A DNA stretch of 64,000 nucleotides from Macrostomum lignano (Eukaryota): the NCBI GenBank assembly GCA_002269645.1, contig NIVC01000036.1, positions 1 to 64,000 on the forward strand, in the 5' to 3' direction. Positions 22,747 through 35,209 of this stretch are shown piece after piece. Below the pieces are notes generated by a model. It made no database searches and was not told the DNA's origin. It was given only the letters and a program-made list of their open reading frames with translations. Position 1 is the stretch's first letter. Each line of letters begins with the position of its first letter. The position numbers and the translations under genes were made by a program.

Positions 22747-23511
22747 TTAATTGTCATTCAAATTGAATTCATCCAGTAACAGGTCACGGAGTGGCCAGCC
22801 GACTTGTTCAGCTAGCCATTTTACCTCAATAATCAACAACGTCCGGTAATACGGCTGACGAGCCGCATTTAAGTTGTGCAGAATGTAACTCACTGCTCGG
22901 CGCCACGCGGCTATGGCCTGCTCGGCCATGAACTCCTGCCTGAGTACAATGCAGACTGGCCGTACTTGCGCTCGCTGTGGCAGCGGGCGGTCTAACTGCA
23001 GATGACCGATTCGCATAAGGTACTCTTTGAGAGCCGCAATTAGCTGCTTGATATGCGCCTGCCATTCAGGCGTCAGTTGGTCCATGAAAGCGCCGAAGTC
23101 AGCGCCCATTGCAGCATACCGCTGTACATCCTGATTTCCAGGGGCGTATAGATAACTGGCAGCCGCACAGCAAGTTGGCGGTGGGTGCGGAACTGCGGTT
23201 TGCTGAGGCGGCGGTTGCTGCTGAGACTGGGGCGGCGGTTGCTGCTGAGACTGGGGCGGCGGTTGCTGCTGAGACTGGGGCGGCGGCTGCTGCTGCTGCT
23301 GGGGCATCGACTGCTGCTGCTGCTGGGGCATCGGCTGCTGTCGAGGCTGGGGCGGCGGCTGCTGCTGCTGGGGCGGCGGCTGCTGCTGCTGCTGCTGCTG
23401 GGGCGGCGGCTGCTGCTTCTTCTTCTTCGGGGCGCCTCCGTTCCGGCTAGGCCAATCTGGAGGGGGGCGTGGACCCCGAGGGGAGCCGCCCCATGCTGCG
23501 TAGTCTGACAA
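22747..23511 (-). CDS. Orphan ORF: Q/P-rich tract plus ~130-aa helical domain; first 32 codons derive from the retroelement 3' end
   Basis: 254-aa ORF. The non-repetitive C-terminal half stays open in otherwise AT-rich surroundings. No family recognised. Confidence 0.45.
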   Translation of the reverse strand: MSDYAAWGGSPRGPRPPPDWPSRNGGAPKKKKQQPPPQQQQQQQPPPQQQQPPPQPRQQPMPQQQQQSMPQQQQQPPPQSQQQPPPQSQQQPPPQSQQQPPPQQTAVPHPPPTCCAAASYLYAPGNQDVQRYAAMGADFGAFMDQLTPEWQAHIKQLIAALKEYLMRIGHLQLDRPLPQRAQVRPVCIVLRQEFMAEQAIAAWRRAVSYILHNLNAARQPYYRTLLIIEVKWLAEQVGWPLRDLLLDEFNLNDN

Positions 23512-25470
23512 TGGCCTCCGGGGACCCCATCAGGTCGCCCGGGGCCAGGCCGCTTCTTCTCCGGAAGTGGTCACCGCAGGGGCAGTGAAGGAGCAGATGC
23601 TCAGCCGAGTCCACCACGCCGCAATCGGGGCAGGCGGGGGACTGTTCCAAGCCCAGGCGGTGTCTGGTGCTAAAGTTGATGGTGCTGGCGCCGGACCGGA
23701 GCTGGTTGACCAGGACCTGGAGACGTCTAGGGAGGCTGGTCGGCGGCTGCAGTCTCGCCGGCATGTCGCGGCTGATAACCTTGCTGAGTGAGACATCGAA
23801 CTGGACGCGGCCGGCCTCGGCCACTTCCCACGGTGGGGGACCGAGGGGTCGGTGGGCCTGGGGCATCCTGTCCAATACCTCGCAACATTCCAGCTCCCGC
23901 GCTGCGCGCCTCCAGCAGCCGCGAAATTGACGACGGGCGTCGAGGTCCCTGTCTGGGAGGCGCTGATTGACCCCCTCGGCCTGATTCGGCCAGTTGGCGG
24001 CTTCGAAGGCGCGGTTTTTGAGGCCCGGGGTGGTGACCGCTGTCGCGATGCTCTGCGATGGCAATCCGTCCGGGAGGCGAGCCATCCGCTCTCTCAGCGT
24101 GCACGCGCGTTCGATGGCAACGTGGCTGAGGGGCGGCAGCTCGGCGATGCTAAGGAGATTTTCAGTGCGGGCCGTGGATATGCAGCCAGTAATCAGGCGC
24201 GCGCATGCGTTCTGCTGGCGCTCAACTAGGAGCCTGGTGCTCAGTGCCGCTCCCGCAAGCCATACGCCGCTGCCGTAGTCTGCCACAGCTCGGATAGTGG
24301 CAACGTAAACGGTGCGGAGGATGCTCTGCGTCGCACCCGTTTGCCGGTGTGCGATGGCCTGCAGTGGGCGTCTTCTGGCAGCCATGCGGCGACGGATATC
24401 TTTGGCGTGCTCCGCGAACCCAAGGTGGTCGTCGAACTTAACGCCGAGGAAGACCGGGTTGGGCTCGAAACGAAGCTCGCTGCCGCCGATGCTGAGTTCG
24501 ACTCTGGTCTTGCCGCGGTTCTCGTTGGGGCACAGGGTGAAAGTGCTGTAACTGCACTTCCCAGTGCTGAGCACGACCTTGTTCTGGTTGCACCAGCGGG
24601 CCACGGAGTCCAGAGCCGGTTGCACGATGTGCCCGTAGCTTTCGAGGTCCGTATGGCGCGCCAGGATGGCCGAGTCGTCGGCATACAGACTGATCTCGGC
24701 TTCCGGCGATGCTTCCGCGATGGCAGTTAGCAGGTCGTTAACGTAGACCAGCCAAAGCAGAGGGGCGATCACTGAGCCTTGGGGCAGGCCTTCCCGGAAG
24801 ATGCGCTCTCTGCTGAGGCTATTGCCGAATCAGACGCGCGCTCTCCTGTCGCTGAGGAAGCTGTTGGTCCAGCGCAGGACGCAAGCGGGGACTCCTAGCT
24901 TCTCAAGCTTGCAGATCAGAGACTTCCGCCACACCTTGTCGTAGGCTCTGCTGAAGTCGAGTAAACAGAGGATCGCTCTAAGCGTAGGAGTCTCTTCCAG
25001 CCCGTTGAAGATTCCAGCAGGAAGTACAGCCTTTGGTGCGCCAGCCGTTCTGCGACCTTGGCAATGCAACTGGTGAGGGCGACGGGGCGATACGAACCCG
25101 GGTCGTCAGCCGGTTTGCCGCGTTTTGGGATCGGGATGATAATCGCCCTGCGCCACTGGTAGAGGCATTGTCCGCTGAGCCAGGCCTTGTTGATCAGGTC
25201 AAGTAGTCGCTGCTCGGTCCATTTGGGGAGACGCTTGAGCATCTCGTTGGACACTCCGTCCGGGCCGGGGCTCTTCCTGGATTTCAGCAACCTCAGGGCC
25301 TGCTTAAGTTCCACAGCGGAGAAGGGGAACTCTTCGAAGAGATGCCTCTTCTCCCGCAGACATTCCATTGTTCATCTCTGGGTGGTATTCGCGGTGGCGG
25401 CGGGCTCGGGATCGTGTTTGGCCTCGCCATCTTTCTGGGCCGCCACATGGTAGAAACCCAGAGATCTAAC
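23417..25470 (-). mobile_element. Second Ingi-like element, 3' segment: RT with deletions, RNase H absent, CCHC finger, (GAA)4 tail
   Basis: SPGPDG, PIPK, YRPVAL, DFSRAYD, PQGS, YADD, CPDC..H..HC. In-frame TGA at 24830; deletion near 25010; RNase H deleted near 23750. Confidence 0.9.
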
Positions 25471-26540
25471 AGTGGAATGCCTGCGGGAGAAGAGGCTCCG
25501 ACCACCTGCCACCTCAGTCGCCCTAGGTGCCGCCTCCAATGGCCCCAGGACAAGACCGGCTGGTGCAACGGCTGCAGAAGTGGCTGCTCCGCCTGCTCCA
25601 ACTGCGACCTCTAGTGGCCTGCCCCATCTGACAACCCTCCGGTCCGCACTCCCCTGGACCTGCCGGAAGCGCGGAGAGCGTCAGAGAGCGGGCCGGCCAA
25701 CAAGAAAGCAGGCCTGCAGCACTGTTCGGACTGCAGCAAGGTCATCCGCAGGAACAGCTACAGCGTCCAGTGCACCAGCTGCAGCGGGTGGCTCCACCTC
25801 AAATGCAGCAGCCTCACTACTGTCAAGCAATACTCAGTGTCATTTGAAGGCCCGTGCTGTAGGCACGCGAACCAGCCCCCAGCTCAGCGCCGGAACGCTC
25901 AAGCCCCCCGACCCGCCAGGGGAGCTAGCCGGCCCGACCCGCCGCCCCTTCCTCAACCTGAGGGCGACGCCGAACCTGCCCCGAACGGCCAAAAGCCAAA
26001 AAACTGCAAAAACAAACAGCGCCCAACGGGGAGGGGAGGAGTGCTGATCCTGGTTTGCGATGACGTCCCCTTCAAGAATCCTGAAGTCAGCAGGGGCGGC
26101 CTGCTCGACTACGCAGCGGTGACCATCTGCCCGGCTGCTGTTGGCCAGATCCAATTGGTGGCGGTCTACGCTTTGCCCAATAGCAACCAGCGCGCGGAGG
26201 ACAACTGGCTCCCAGCCTGGTCAGACACACTGGTTGCGCCCCGCACGGTGATTGCCGGCGATTTCAATGGCCATGGACACTGGGACAGCCATCAACCTGA
26301 GGACGAGAGAGAAGACAGCATCGAGGGGTGGGCTAGCAACCGGGGCCTCCACCTTGGCAACCGCGAGGATGCCCACACGTGGACCAACCCGGCGACAGGC
26401 AGCCTGAGCTGCCCGGATATCACTTGGTGTTCCGGCAATCTTGCCGGCTACGTCAGGACGTCGTGGAGCACCTCCGAGGACCTTGGAAGTGACCACCTGC
26501 CTATTACCTTCACCCTCTCCAGAGACAAGCAGGCCAAATG
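25471..26540 (+). mobile_element. Inverted 5' segment of the second element: PHD finger plus C-terminal half of APE
   Basis: CSDCSK...CTSCSGWLHLKC; GRGGVLIL, GDFNGH, PDIT, SDHLP. The N-terminal APE motifs are missing. Confidence 0.85.
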
Positions 26541-27605
26541 TCTCCACTACAGAACGTGTCATAGGCTACCTTTAAATTTCCTAAATTTTAGTCTTCCTAC
26601 CTAAAAGTGCAAAAAACTGCTGAAAATTCACATTTTTTACTAAATCCTCCATAGCGCCGCTCCACTTTTACCAACCATCTTCAAATTTGACACAAACAAT
26701 CTTCAACTATTTTGACACAATTGTGTAAAGTTTCGAGTATCAAAGTTGATCCTGAATGGCGCTGTGCACTTTTAAAGTTAGGCTGCTTTTGTCGGCAAGA
26801 GAGCCACCCCAACCCCCACTCACCTGCCTCTCCCAATCTGGAATAGGGTGTAAATAGGTTTTAAAATGACTAACTTTTAGCTGCCATAAATTTGCTCCAT
26901 GTGAAGCACTTTTACTTCAAATTTGACACTATTCTTTATTGACTCATTCTCTGATTAGATTTGAGGCTTTAAAAAGTGGAGCATTAAGAATCTAGTTTAT
27001 AGAACATTGGATTTAGGGCACTGGATTCCCAAACTCAGAGGGGTAAGATTGCCCTTTGGTCTGTTGTTCATAAAGATATATGCCTTTTTGGCAAGGGCTG
27101 CTAAAGCATTAGGCCAAATATAAAATACCATGTGCTTCTAGCAATGAGCAGTAAGTAATTGCAATTTATCAAAAATGAATTCATTCAACTATTAATCCGT
27201 ACTATTGGCAAGTAGCAGATAAGTAGTGAGGAAGGCATATTATTGACTAAAATATTTGCATTCAATAATATTTGATATTTGAATTGGTTCTGTGGAATAT
27301 TTGAGTTAAATCAAATAGGTTCAGAAATTCAAATATATTAGAATATCTAAGTAAATATCTAGTTTCTTGCGTTGATTTGAATGGTAATTATCATAATATT
27401 TTCTAAAAAATAAAACAATTAATTATTTTTTGAGCTTAGGATAGGGACTTTAATCTTTGAACCAATCCTAAAAATTAACCTATGTGGCCTAAATATACAA
27501 CAAGACTAAATCAGATCCCAATTATTTTCATAATACATTTATTAGCTTTTATTTATGAATCTAGACTAGTCATTTGTGCTTTTGAAAAAAAATTAATTGT
27601 TTCAG

Positions 27606-29388
27606 CTTCTTTCAAAGCATTGGCTGCTGGTGCTGATCTCAGTAGCAGCTTATAATTTATTATTAACAACTGATGCATCTCGAAATCTAATTCGTATTGT
27701 GAGTCACAACAATGTTGGCGAGTTTATCACTTATCGGTTTACTAAGCTGGCTGATAAAGGTGCGAAAATTTTGGTTGTCACCACTGAGCCAAGGCCTGGA
27801 CAAACTGATGTGTCAGCGGCCTTTGATCCTGTCACCTCTTTGGCTAGTTTTCGTTTGATTGTGCCGCCTCAATTAGGCACAGGGACTGATAAGAGACAGG
27901 CTCACGTGCCACTTGGATTTTGCTTTTTAACATCGGTGCCGCCTCAGGTAATTCTGCTGTTTTATGGCTGTGAAACTTTTGATTTTGTTATTTCAGGTTT
28001 TTTTTAATTTTTTATGTAAAATTGGGGTAGATATAAATGTTTGAAAAATGAGAATGTATGTGTGAATAACTGATTTGAACTGATTTGTGTGAATCAGTAG
28101 AATGGATTTGTGTGAATCGGTAGATAGGATTTGTGTTGTCAGGTACAATGCATTTGTGTGAATCGGTAGATAGGATTTGTGATGTCAGGTACAATGCATT
28201 TGTGTGAATCGGTAGATAGGATTTGTGATGTCAGGTACAATGCATTTGTGTGAATCGGTAGATAGGATTTGTGATGTCAGGTACAATGCATTTGTGTGAA
28301 TCGGTAGATAGGATTTGTGATGTCAGGTACAATGCATTTGTGTGAATCGGTAGATAGGATTTGTGATGTCAGGTACAATGCATTTGTGTGAATCGGTAGA
28401 TAGGATTTGTGTTGTCAGGTACAATGCATTTGTGTGAATCGGTAGATAGGATTTGTGATGTCAGGTACAATGCATTTGTGTGAATCGGTAGATAGGATTT
28501 GTGATGTCAGGTACAATGCATTTGTGTGAATCGGTAGATAGGATTTGTGATGTCAGGTACAATGCATTTGTGTGAATCGGTAGATAGGATTTGTGATGTC
28601 AGGTACAATGCATTTGTGTGAATCGGTAGATAGGATTTGTGATGTCAGGTACAATGCATTTGTGTGAATCGGTAGATAGGATTTGTGATGTCAGGTACAA
28701 TGCATTTGTGTGAATCGGTAGATAGGATTTGTGATGTCAGGTACAATGCATTTGTGTGAATCGGTAGAATTTATCTATAGGAATATAAAAATGGATTGAC
28801 TCTGCACCCTTCACAGGACCATGTCCCCATGCGCGAGCTCCGCCATCGTCTTGCCTCAATGATGCTGTCTCAGAAGCAATCTCTACTAAGCTTTGTGGCA
28901 AACGAAGATCGAGGCAAACTCGCTCACTGGGCTAGTCAATCGGTTGCCATGGCAACGCTAGTTAAAGTTTCCCAACGCTGGCCAAGCACTGCATCAGGGC
29001 TATAGGCCGGATGGGCACTGCTCACTTTGCTCCAGAGGATTTGACCTTGTCAGCCCAGCTCAGGCCCCATAATCCTGCTATGCGAACTATGCTTAACCAG
29101 CTAAAGCGTGCGGGTATTAATCAACAGTTTCCATCGATAACTTGTCGCCAAGCTTGGAGTCTGGACTCAAATTTAGCTTCTTCATCTTCATCGTCTGGTT
29201 GTGTCTGTCAGCTAGCTGCCTGTCTGCTATGGTACCCCTGCGGCTTGTTGTCGTGTGCGGCTGCTCAGCCTGCTGTTGATGGCTCCGCGCCAACCTGCAG
29301 AAATGAGTTCGGCTTGCGCTCTTGTCGCATCTGTCACCAGTTTCATTTCCGAGCTGACAATGTCTCAGCTTGTCCGTTGTACGCTTGA
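27606..29388 (+). CDS. OAF: Out-at-first (OAF) homolog; exons 27606-27947 and 28817-29388; one-base frameshift at 28968-28970; no ATG found
   Basis: Signal-peptide-like start, then GFCFLT, EDRG, and WYPCGLLSC...GLRSCRICHQFHF (cf. OAF WYPCGLKYC...GIKTCRKC). Phase-0 GT-AG intron. Confidence 0.82.
28095..28768. repeat. 46-bp minisatellite in OAF intron
   Basis: About 14 near-identical units of GTGAATCGGTAGATAGGATTTGTGATGTCAGGTACAATGCATTTGT. Confidence 0.95.
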
Positions 29389-29439
29389 TTTGAGAACTAT
29401 TTTATTGAGCCTTTGACAGTCTAATCTCTGCTCAGAATG

Positions 29440-29900
29440 GTCCTTGAATCTAAACTGTAGTTAGGAATGGCCATCTGAGTCTCAAATGTAGTTAAGAATG
29501 GCCTTCTGAGTCTCAACTGTAGTTAAGAATGGCCTTCTGAGTCTCAACTGTAGTTAAGAATGGCCTTCTGAGTCTCAACTGTAGTTAAGAATGACCTTCT
29601 GAGTCTCAACTGTAGTTAAGAATGGCCTTCTGAGTCTCAACTGTAGTTAAGAATGGCCTTCTGAGTCTCAACTGTAGTTAAGAATGGCCTTCTGAGTCTC
29701 AACTGTAGTTAAGAATGGCCTTCTGAGTCTCAACTGTAGTTAAGAATGGCCTTCTGAGTCTCAACTGTAGTTAAGAATGGCCTTCTGAGTCTCAACTGTA
29801 GTTAAGAATGGCCTTCTGAGTCTCAACTGTAGTTAAGAATGGCCTTCTGAGTCTCAACTGTAGTTAAGAATGGCCTTCGGAGTCTCAACTGTAGTTAAAA
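29440..29900. repeat. 31-bp minisatellite
   Basis: Units of ACTGTAGTTAAGAATGGCCTTCTGAGTCTCA. Confidence 0.95.
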
Positions 29901-30279
29901 AACTTTCAGATTTTCCAAATGTATGAGCGTAATAAGTGAAAATCAGTTTCTTATTATCAAGTAAATTATGTTCAGTTTAGGTCATTCTGTAGTTTTATTA
30001 GTGGCTTAATCCTATTTTTGTTTATGCATAAAGCATTTTTACTTGTGTTGACAACTCCTATACAAAACAAATACTAGTACCGCCTTGCGTTAATAAATTC
30101 AGGTAATGTTGCAATTTGCATGTATAAATTTAACTGAAGCTTGTATCCATTTTAAAAATAATATTAAATGTATATAATTTTTAAGATTTTTGAATGCCTT
30201 ACATCTTGAATGACAATTCATGTTTTTTTAATTGACAGAATAACTATCTATTATATATATTGAGTCTTTTTAGACCGTA

Positions 30280-30720
30280 GCAACCATGCCAAAGCTCAAC
30301 GTCTCCATAGTAATAAGTATTAAGCTTTCATTGAAAACTCGTTGAAAGCATCATAAATGTCCCTGGCACCATAGCAACCAGGCATAAGCTCCTTAACTCC
30401 ATAGCAACCAAGCATAAGCTCCTTAACTCCATAGCAACCAAGCATAAGCTCCTTAACTCCATAGCAACCAGGCATAAGCTCCTTAACTCCATACCTACCA
30501 AGCATAGCTCCTTAACTCCATAGCAACCAACCAAGCATTAGCTCATTAACTCAATAGCAACCAGGCATAAGCACATTAACTCTATAGCAACCAAGCTTAA
30601 GCTCCGTAACTCCTTAGCAACCAAGAGAATTAAGCTTCCGGAGTTAATATCCCCAAAATTAAGCTCCCGACGCCATAGTAACCAACCTTAAGCTCTCTAA
30701 AACCATAGCAACCCTTTATC
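30280..30720. repeat. 30-bp minisatellite, degenerate at edges
   Basis: Units of AGCATAAGCTCCTTAACTCCATAGCAACCA. Confidence 0.9.
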
Positions 30721-30756
30721 CGCAGCAATAGCAACTGCACCGCACTGCACAGTCAG

Positions 30757-33700
30757 ATGACGTCATCGGCAGGCCTGGACCGAGTTCAAGCTTGGCGCGG
30801 CCAAACCGAGTCGGCCAGACGCCAGGAGACTCTGCGCGATCTGCACCGTTTGGATGGCAGCGCCCGTGGCATCGAGCGCGAATTTCGGCAGCTTTTGTCC
30901 GGTAGGCGCGTTGGCGCCGTTGCTGGTTGCGCCGAATTGGCGCCGCTGATCGAACTAGAGACGGAGCTGAATACCACTAGGCTGCAGGACCGGCGCCAAC
31001 TCCAAGCGGGAGCCAACAAAATCCGAGCAGCTGTGGAATCGTTTAAAAAGGAATTTTCCCAACCGGCCACAGATCCAGACGCCGTGGAGCCGCCAAGCGC
31101 GGATTTCGTCTCGCGCGCCAAACAGGCCGTTGAAACCATTGAACGACTGGTGCTGGAATTGAAAGAATCTCAGCGATCGAAATACGATGAGCTCACTAAT
31201 GAAGAGCGTCTGTTGGCACAGGAAGTGACCGCCTTAGATAAACGAATTGACGCCTGGAAGGTGGAGGATGCGGCCGCTTCCGTTAAGTAAGAATCTTAGT
31301 GGATTGTGTACTAATATGTTTTAGCTTTTTTATCTATAGTAAGCTTTAACCAGTTGAGGTGTAGTGCTTTCGAATGAATCCTTTGTACTGGCATCAATTA
31401 ATCGGCTTTTATAATTCTTTGTTAATTTCTGGGCCTTATTAGCTGAGACCGAGGTCGTATCTGCAGCTGGATAGAAACTTTAAGGCCAATAAAAATCGTC
31501 TTCTTCTCCAGCCAGCCAATAAACTCGTCCCGCCAGATAGCTAATAAAATCGTCCCCCCCTCAGACAGCTAAAAAACTCCCCCCAGCCAGCCAATTAAAT
31601 CGTTCCCCAGCCAGCCAATAAAATCGCCACCAGCCAATAATATCGCCCCCACAGCCAGCCAATTAAATCGTCCCCCAGCCAGTCAATTAAATCGTCCGCC
31701 AGCTAGCCAATAAAAATCGTACCCCAGCCAGCCAATAAAACCGCCCCCCAGCCAGCCAATTAAATCGTCCCCCAGCAAGTCAAGAAAATTGTACCTCAGC
31801 CATGCAGTTGAAATCGTTGCAATAGCAAGCCAAGCCAGTAGCAATCTCTCCTTAGACAGCCTATAAAAATAGTTAGATTAGCCATCAGCCAGCCAATAAA
31901 GATCGTGCCTCAATCAGCCAATAAGAATTGCCTTCAACCAATCAATAGTAATCGTCTTTTTTAAACCATCTCGCTCCAGGCCCAAAGCTGTTCCATCTGG
32001 CGCCGCAGCCCCAGCCACAACCCGAACAGACATTGCGGACGCTCTGCCGCCCGAGGTGGCCGAATTCGAACGCTATCTGACCCAGACCGGCGGCCACACA
32101 GGCGGCTGGGAGGACGTGGATCATCGGGCTTTTCTACGCGCTAGGCAGCGGTTCGAAGGAGCCAGCGCCAGGAGCGGCAGCCTTGTTGATGAAGCTCTTT
32201 CCAGCCTGCCTACTAAGACGGCGCAGCAGGTCTGTGGCTAGGGAAGACATTGGGAGATCTGATATGTCAGTGAGGGATCTAAGATGTCAGTGAGGGATCT
32301 GAAATGTCAGTTAGGGATCTGAGATGTCAGTGAGGGATCTGAGATGTCAGTTAGGGATCTGAGATGTCAGTGAGGGATCTGAGATGTCAGTGAGGGATCT
32401 GAGATATCAGTTAGGGATCTGAAATGTCAGTGAGTGATCTGAGATGTCAGGGAATGATCTGAGATGTCAGTGAGTGATCTGAGATGTCAGGGAATGATCT
32501 GAGATGTCAGTGAGAGATCGGAGATGTCAGTGAGGGATCTGAGATAACAGGGAAGGATCTGAGATGTCAGGGAAGGATCTGAGATGTCAGGGAAGGATCT
32601 GAGATGTCAGTGAGAGATCGGAGATTTCAGTGAGAGATCGGAGATGTCAGTGAGGGATCTGAGATAACAGGGAAGGATCTGAGATGTCAGGGAGGAATCT
32701 GAGATGTCAGTGAGGGATCTGAGATGTCAGGGAAGGATCTGAGATGTCATGGAAGGATTTGAGATGTCAGGGAAGGATCTGAGATGTCAGTGAGAGATCG
32801 GAGATTTCAGTGAGAGATCGGAGATGTCAGTGAGGGATCTGAGATAACAGGGAAGGATCTGAGATGTCAGGGAAGGATCTGAGATGTCATGGAAGGATTT
32901 GAGATGTCAGGGAAGGATCTGAGATGTCAGTGAGGGATCTGAGATAACAGGGAAGGATCTGAGATGTCAGGGAGGAATCTGAGATGTCAGTGAGTGATCT
33001 GAGATGTCAGGGAAGGATCTGAGATGTCAGGGAAGGATCTGAGATGTCAGGGAAGGAAGAATCAATTCAAGCATACTACTAAACAAAAAAATCAAGTAGT
33101 GAGTACGTCAAATAATTGGTTTTGGCCTGCTCTCAGGTACGCGAGCATGAGCAGTGGTACACCGAGTACAATCGGTTGCTACGGCAGAAGAAGTCGGCCA
33201 TCGCTAGATGGCGCCAACAGAAAGCCGACGCTGCCGCTGCCGCTGCTGTCGACGCGGCTGAGGCTGACGCCGCAATCGACAGCGACGAGGAAGCCGAGCG
33301 GCGTCGTGCCGAACGACTGCGCCAACGCGCCGAAGCTGAGAGACGCGAGCGCGCCTCCGAGTTGGGCGCCTGGAGAGCGGAGAAATCCGCCAAAGAGAAG
33401 CGCGAGGCCGAAGAGCGCCGAAAGAAGCAGGCTGAGGCGGCGGCGCGGAAAGCAGAGGCTGAACGGCAGAAGCAGGTGAGGACTGCTTTTTGTGATTCAC
33501 TGAATATCATAATTGAGTCAGTGAATGAGCAATTGAGTAAGTGAATGAGCAATTGAGTCAGTGAATGAGCAATTGAGTTAGTGAATGAGCAATTGAGTAA
33601 GTGAATGAGCAGTTGAGTCAGTGAATGAGCAATTGAGTTAGTGAATGAGCAATTGAGTAAGTGAATGAGCAGTTGAGTCAGTGAGTGAGCAATTGAGTCA

Positions 33701-35114
33701 GTGAATGAGCAATTGAGTCAGTGAATGAGCAATTAAGTCAGTGAGTGAGCAATTGAGTCAGTGAATGAGCAGTTGAGTCAGTGAATGAGCAATTGAGTCA
33801 GTGAGTGAGCAATTGAGTCAGTGAATGAGCAATTGAGTCACTGAATGAGCAATTGAGTCAGTGAGTGAGCAATTGAGTTAGTGAATGAGCAATTGAGTCA
33901 GTGAATGAGCAGTTGAGTCAGTGAATGAGCAATTAAGTCAGTGAGTGAGCAATTGAGTCAGTGAATGAGCAGTTGAGTCAGTGAATGAGCAGTTGAGTCA
34001 GTGAGTGAGCAATTGAGTCAGTGAATGAGCAATTGAGTCAGTGAATGAGCAATTAAGTCAGTGAGTGAGCAATTGAGTCAGTGAATGAGCAATTGAGTCA
34101 CTGAATGAGCAATTGAGTCAGTGAGTGAGCAATTGAGTTAGTGAATGAGCAATTGAGTCAGTGAATGAGCAGTTGAGTCAGTGAGTGAGCAATTGAGTCA
34201 GTGAATGAGCAATTGAGTCAGTGAATGAGCAATTAAGTCAGTGAGTGAGCAATTGAGTCAGTGAATGAGCAGTTGAGTCAGTGAATGAGCAATTGAGTCA
34301 GTGAGTGAGCAATTGAGTCAGTGAATGAGCAATTGAGTCACTGAATGAGCAATTGAGTCAGTGAGTGAGCAATTGAGTTAGTGAATGAGCAATTGAGTCA
34401 GTGAGTGAGCAATTGAGTCAGTGAATGAGCAATTAAGTCAGTGAATGAGCAATTAAGCAAGTGAATGAGCAATTGAGTCAGTGAATGAGCAATTGAGTCA
34501 GTGAATGAGCAATTGAGTCAGTGAATGAGCAATTGAGTCAGTGAATGAGCAATTGAGTCAGTGAATACGCTCAGTCAGGATGTATAGCAGTTCCAACTTT
34601 CTCAATGTCAGTAGGTTTGTACACTCTATGTGCTGGAATGGCATCGTTGAGAAAGTGCTGATCGAACCGCCACTCCGACCGCCAGGCTGAGCTTCGCCGT
34701 CAAGCCGACGAGTTCCGCGCCAGACGCGAGGCGGAGCGCGCCGAAGCCGCCGAACAGGAGGCCAGACGGGAGGCTGAAGAGCGCGCCCGTCGTCGAATTC
34801 AAACCGAAGCGGACGCCGGCCGGCTGGCCGACCGAAATCGTCAGATTGTTGACGAACGTCTGGCCCGACGGCAGCAGCAGGCTGAGCAGGAGGAGGAACG
34901 CCAGCGTCGGCTGGCTTCGTTGAAAGCCGCCGTTGAGGTTCGGGCAGTTCGCGACCCGAACCGGCTGATGCAGCCCACGGCAGTCTGTCGGGAGCGAATG
35001 GCGGCCGCGGCTGATGATCAGCGATCGGCGGCGGCGGCTGGTGGACGGCCGGTGGCCGGGGCGGCGTCCATGCCGCATCGAGCTGTGCCGTCCTGGCGTA
35101 GGGGCCTGTCTTGA
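30757..35114 (+). CDS. CCDC112: Coiled-coil domain-containing 112; exons 30757-31286, 31980-32229, 33137-33475, 34686-35114
   Basis: LPPEVAEFERYLTQTGGHTGGWEDVDH, HEQWY, RDPNRLMQPT and PHRAVPSWR match CCDC112 motifs. All three introns are GT-AG with consistent phases (2,0,0). Confidence 0.9.
31500..31930. repeat. Degenerate ~25-bp minisatellite in CCDC112 intron 1
   Basis: Units like CAGCCAGCCAAT(T/A)AAATCGTCCCC. Confidence 0.8.
32255..33058. repeat. 20-bp minisatellite in CCDC112 intron 2
   Basis: Units of GAGATGTCAG(TGAG/GGAA)GGATCT. Confidence 0.95.
33510..34565. repeat. 20-bp minisatellite in CCDC112 intron 3
   Basis: Units of GTGAATGAGCAATTGAGTCA. Confidence 0.95.
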
Positions 35115-35209
35115 CGATTGGCGCCGATGCTTGTGTGAATTGGTGTCTTTATTCTCGTCCTTGGAAGTTAAAGGTCTACTTTTGATTTTCATCTCGTTGC
35201 TTATTATCT

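Noticed and set aside
28095-29900. CRISPR-like appearance of regular 31-46-bp repeats
   Set aside because: The units are contiguous with no unique spacers, no cas genes are present, and the context is eukaryotic.
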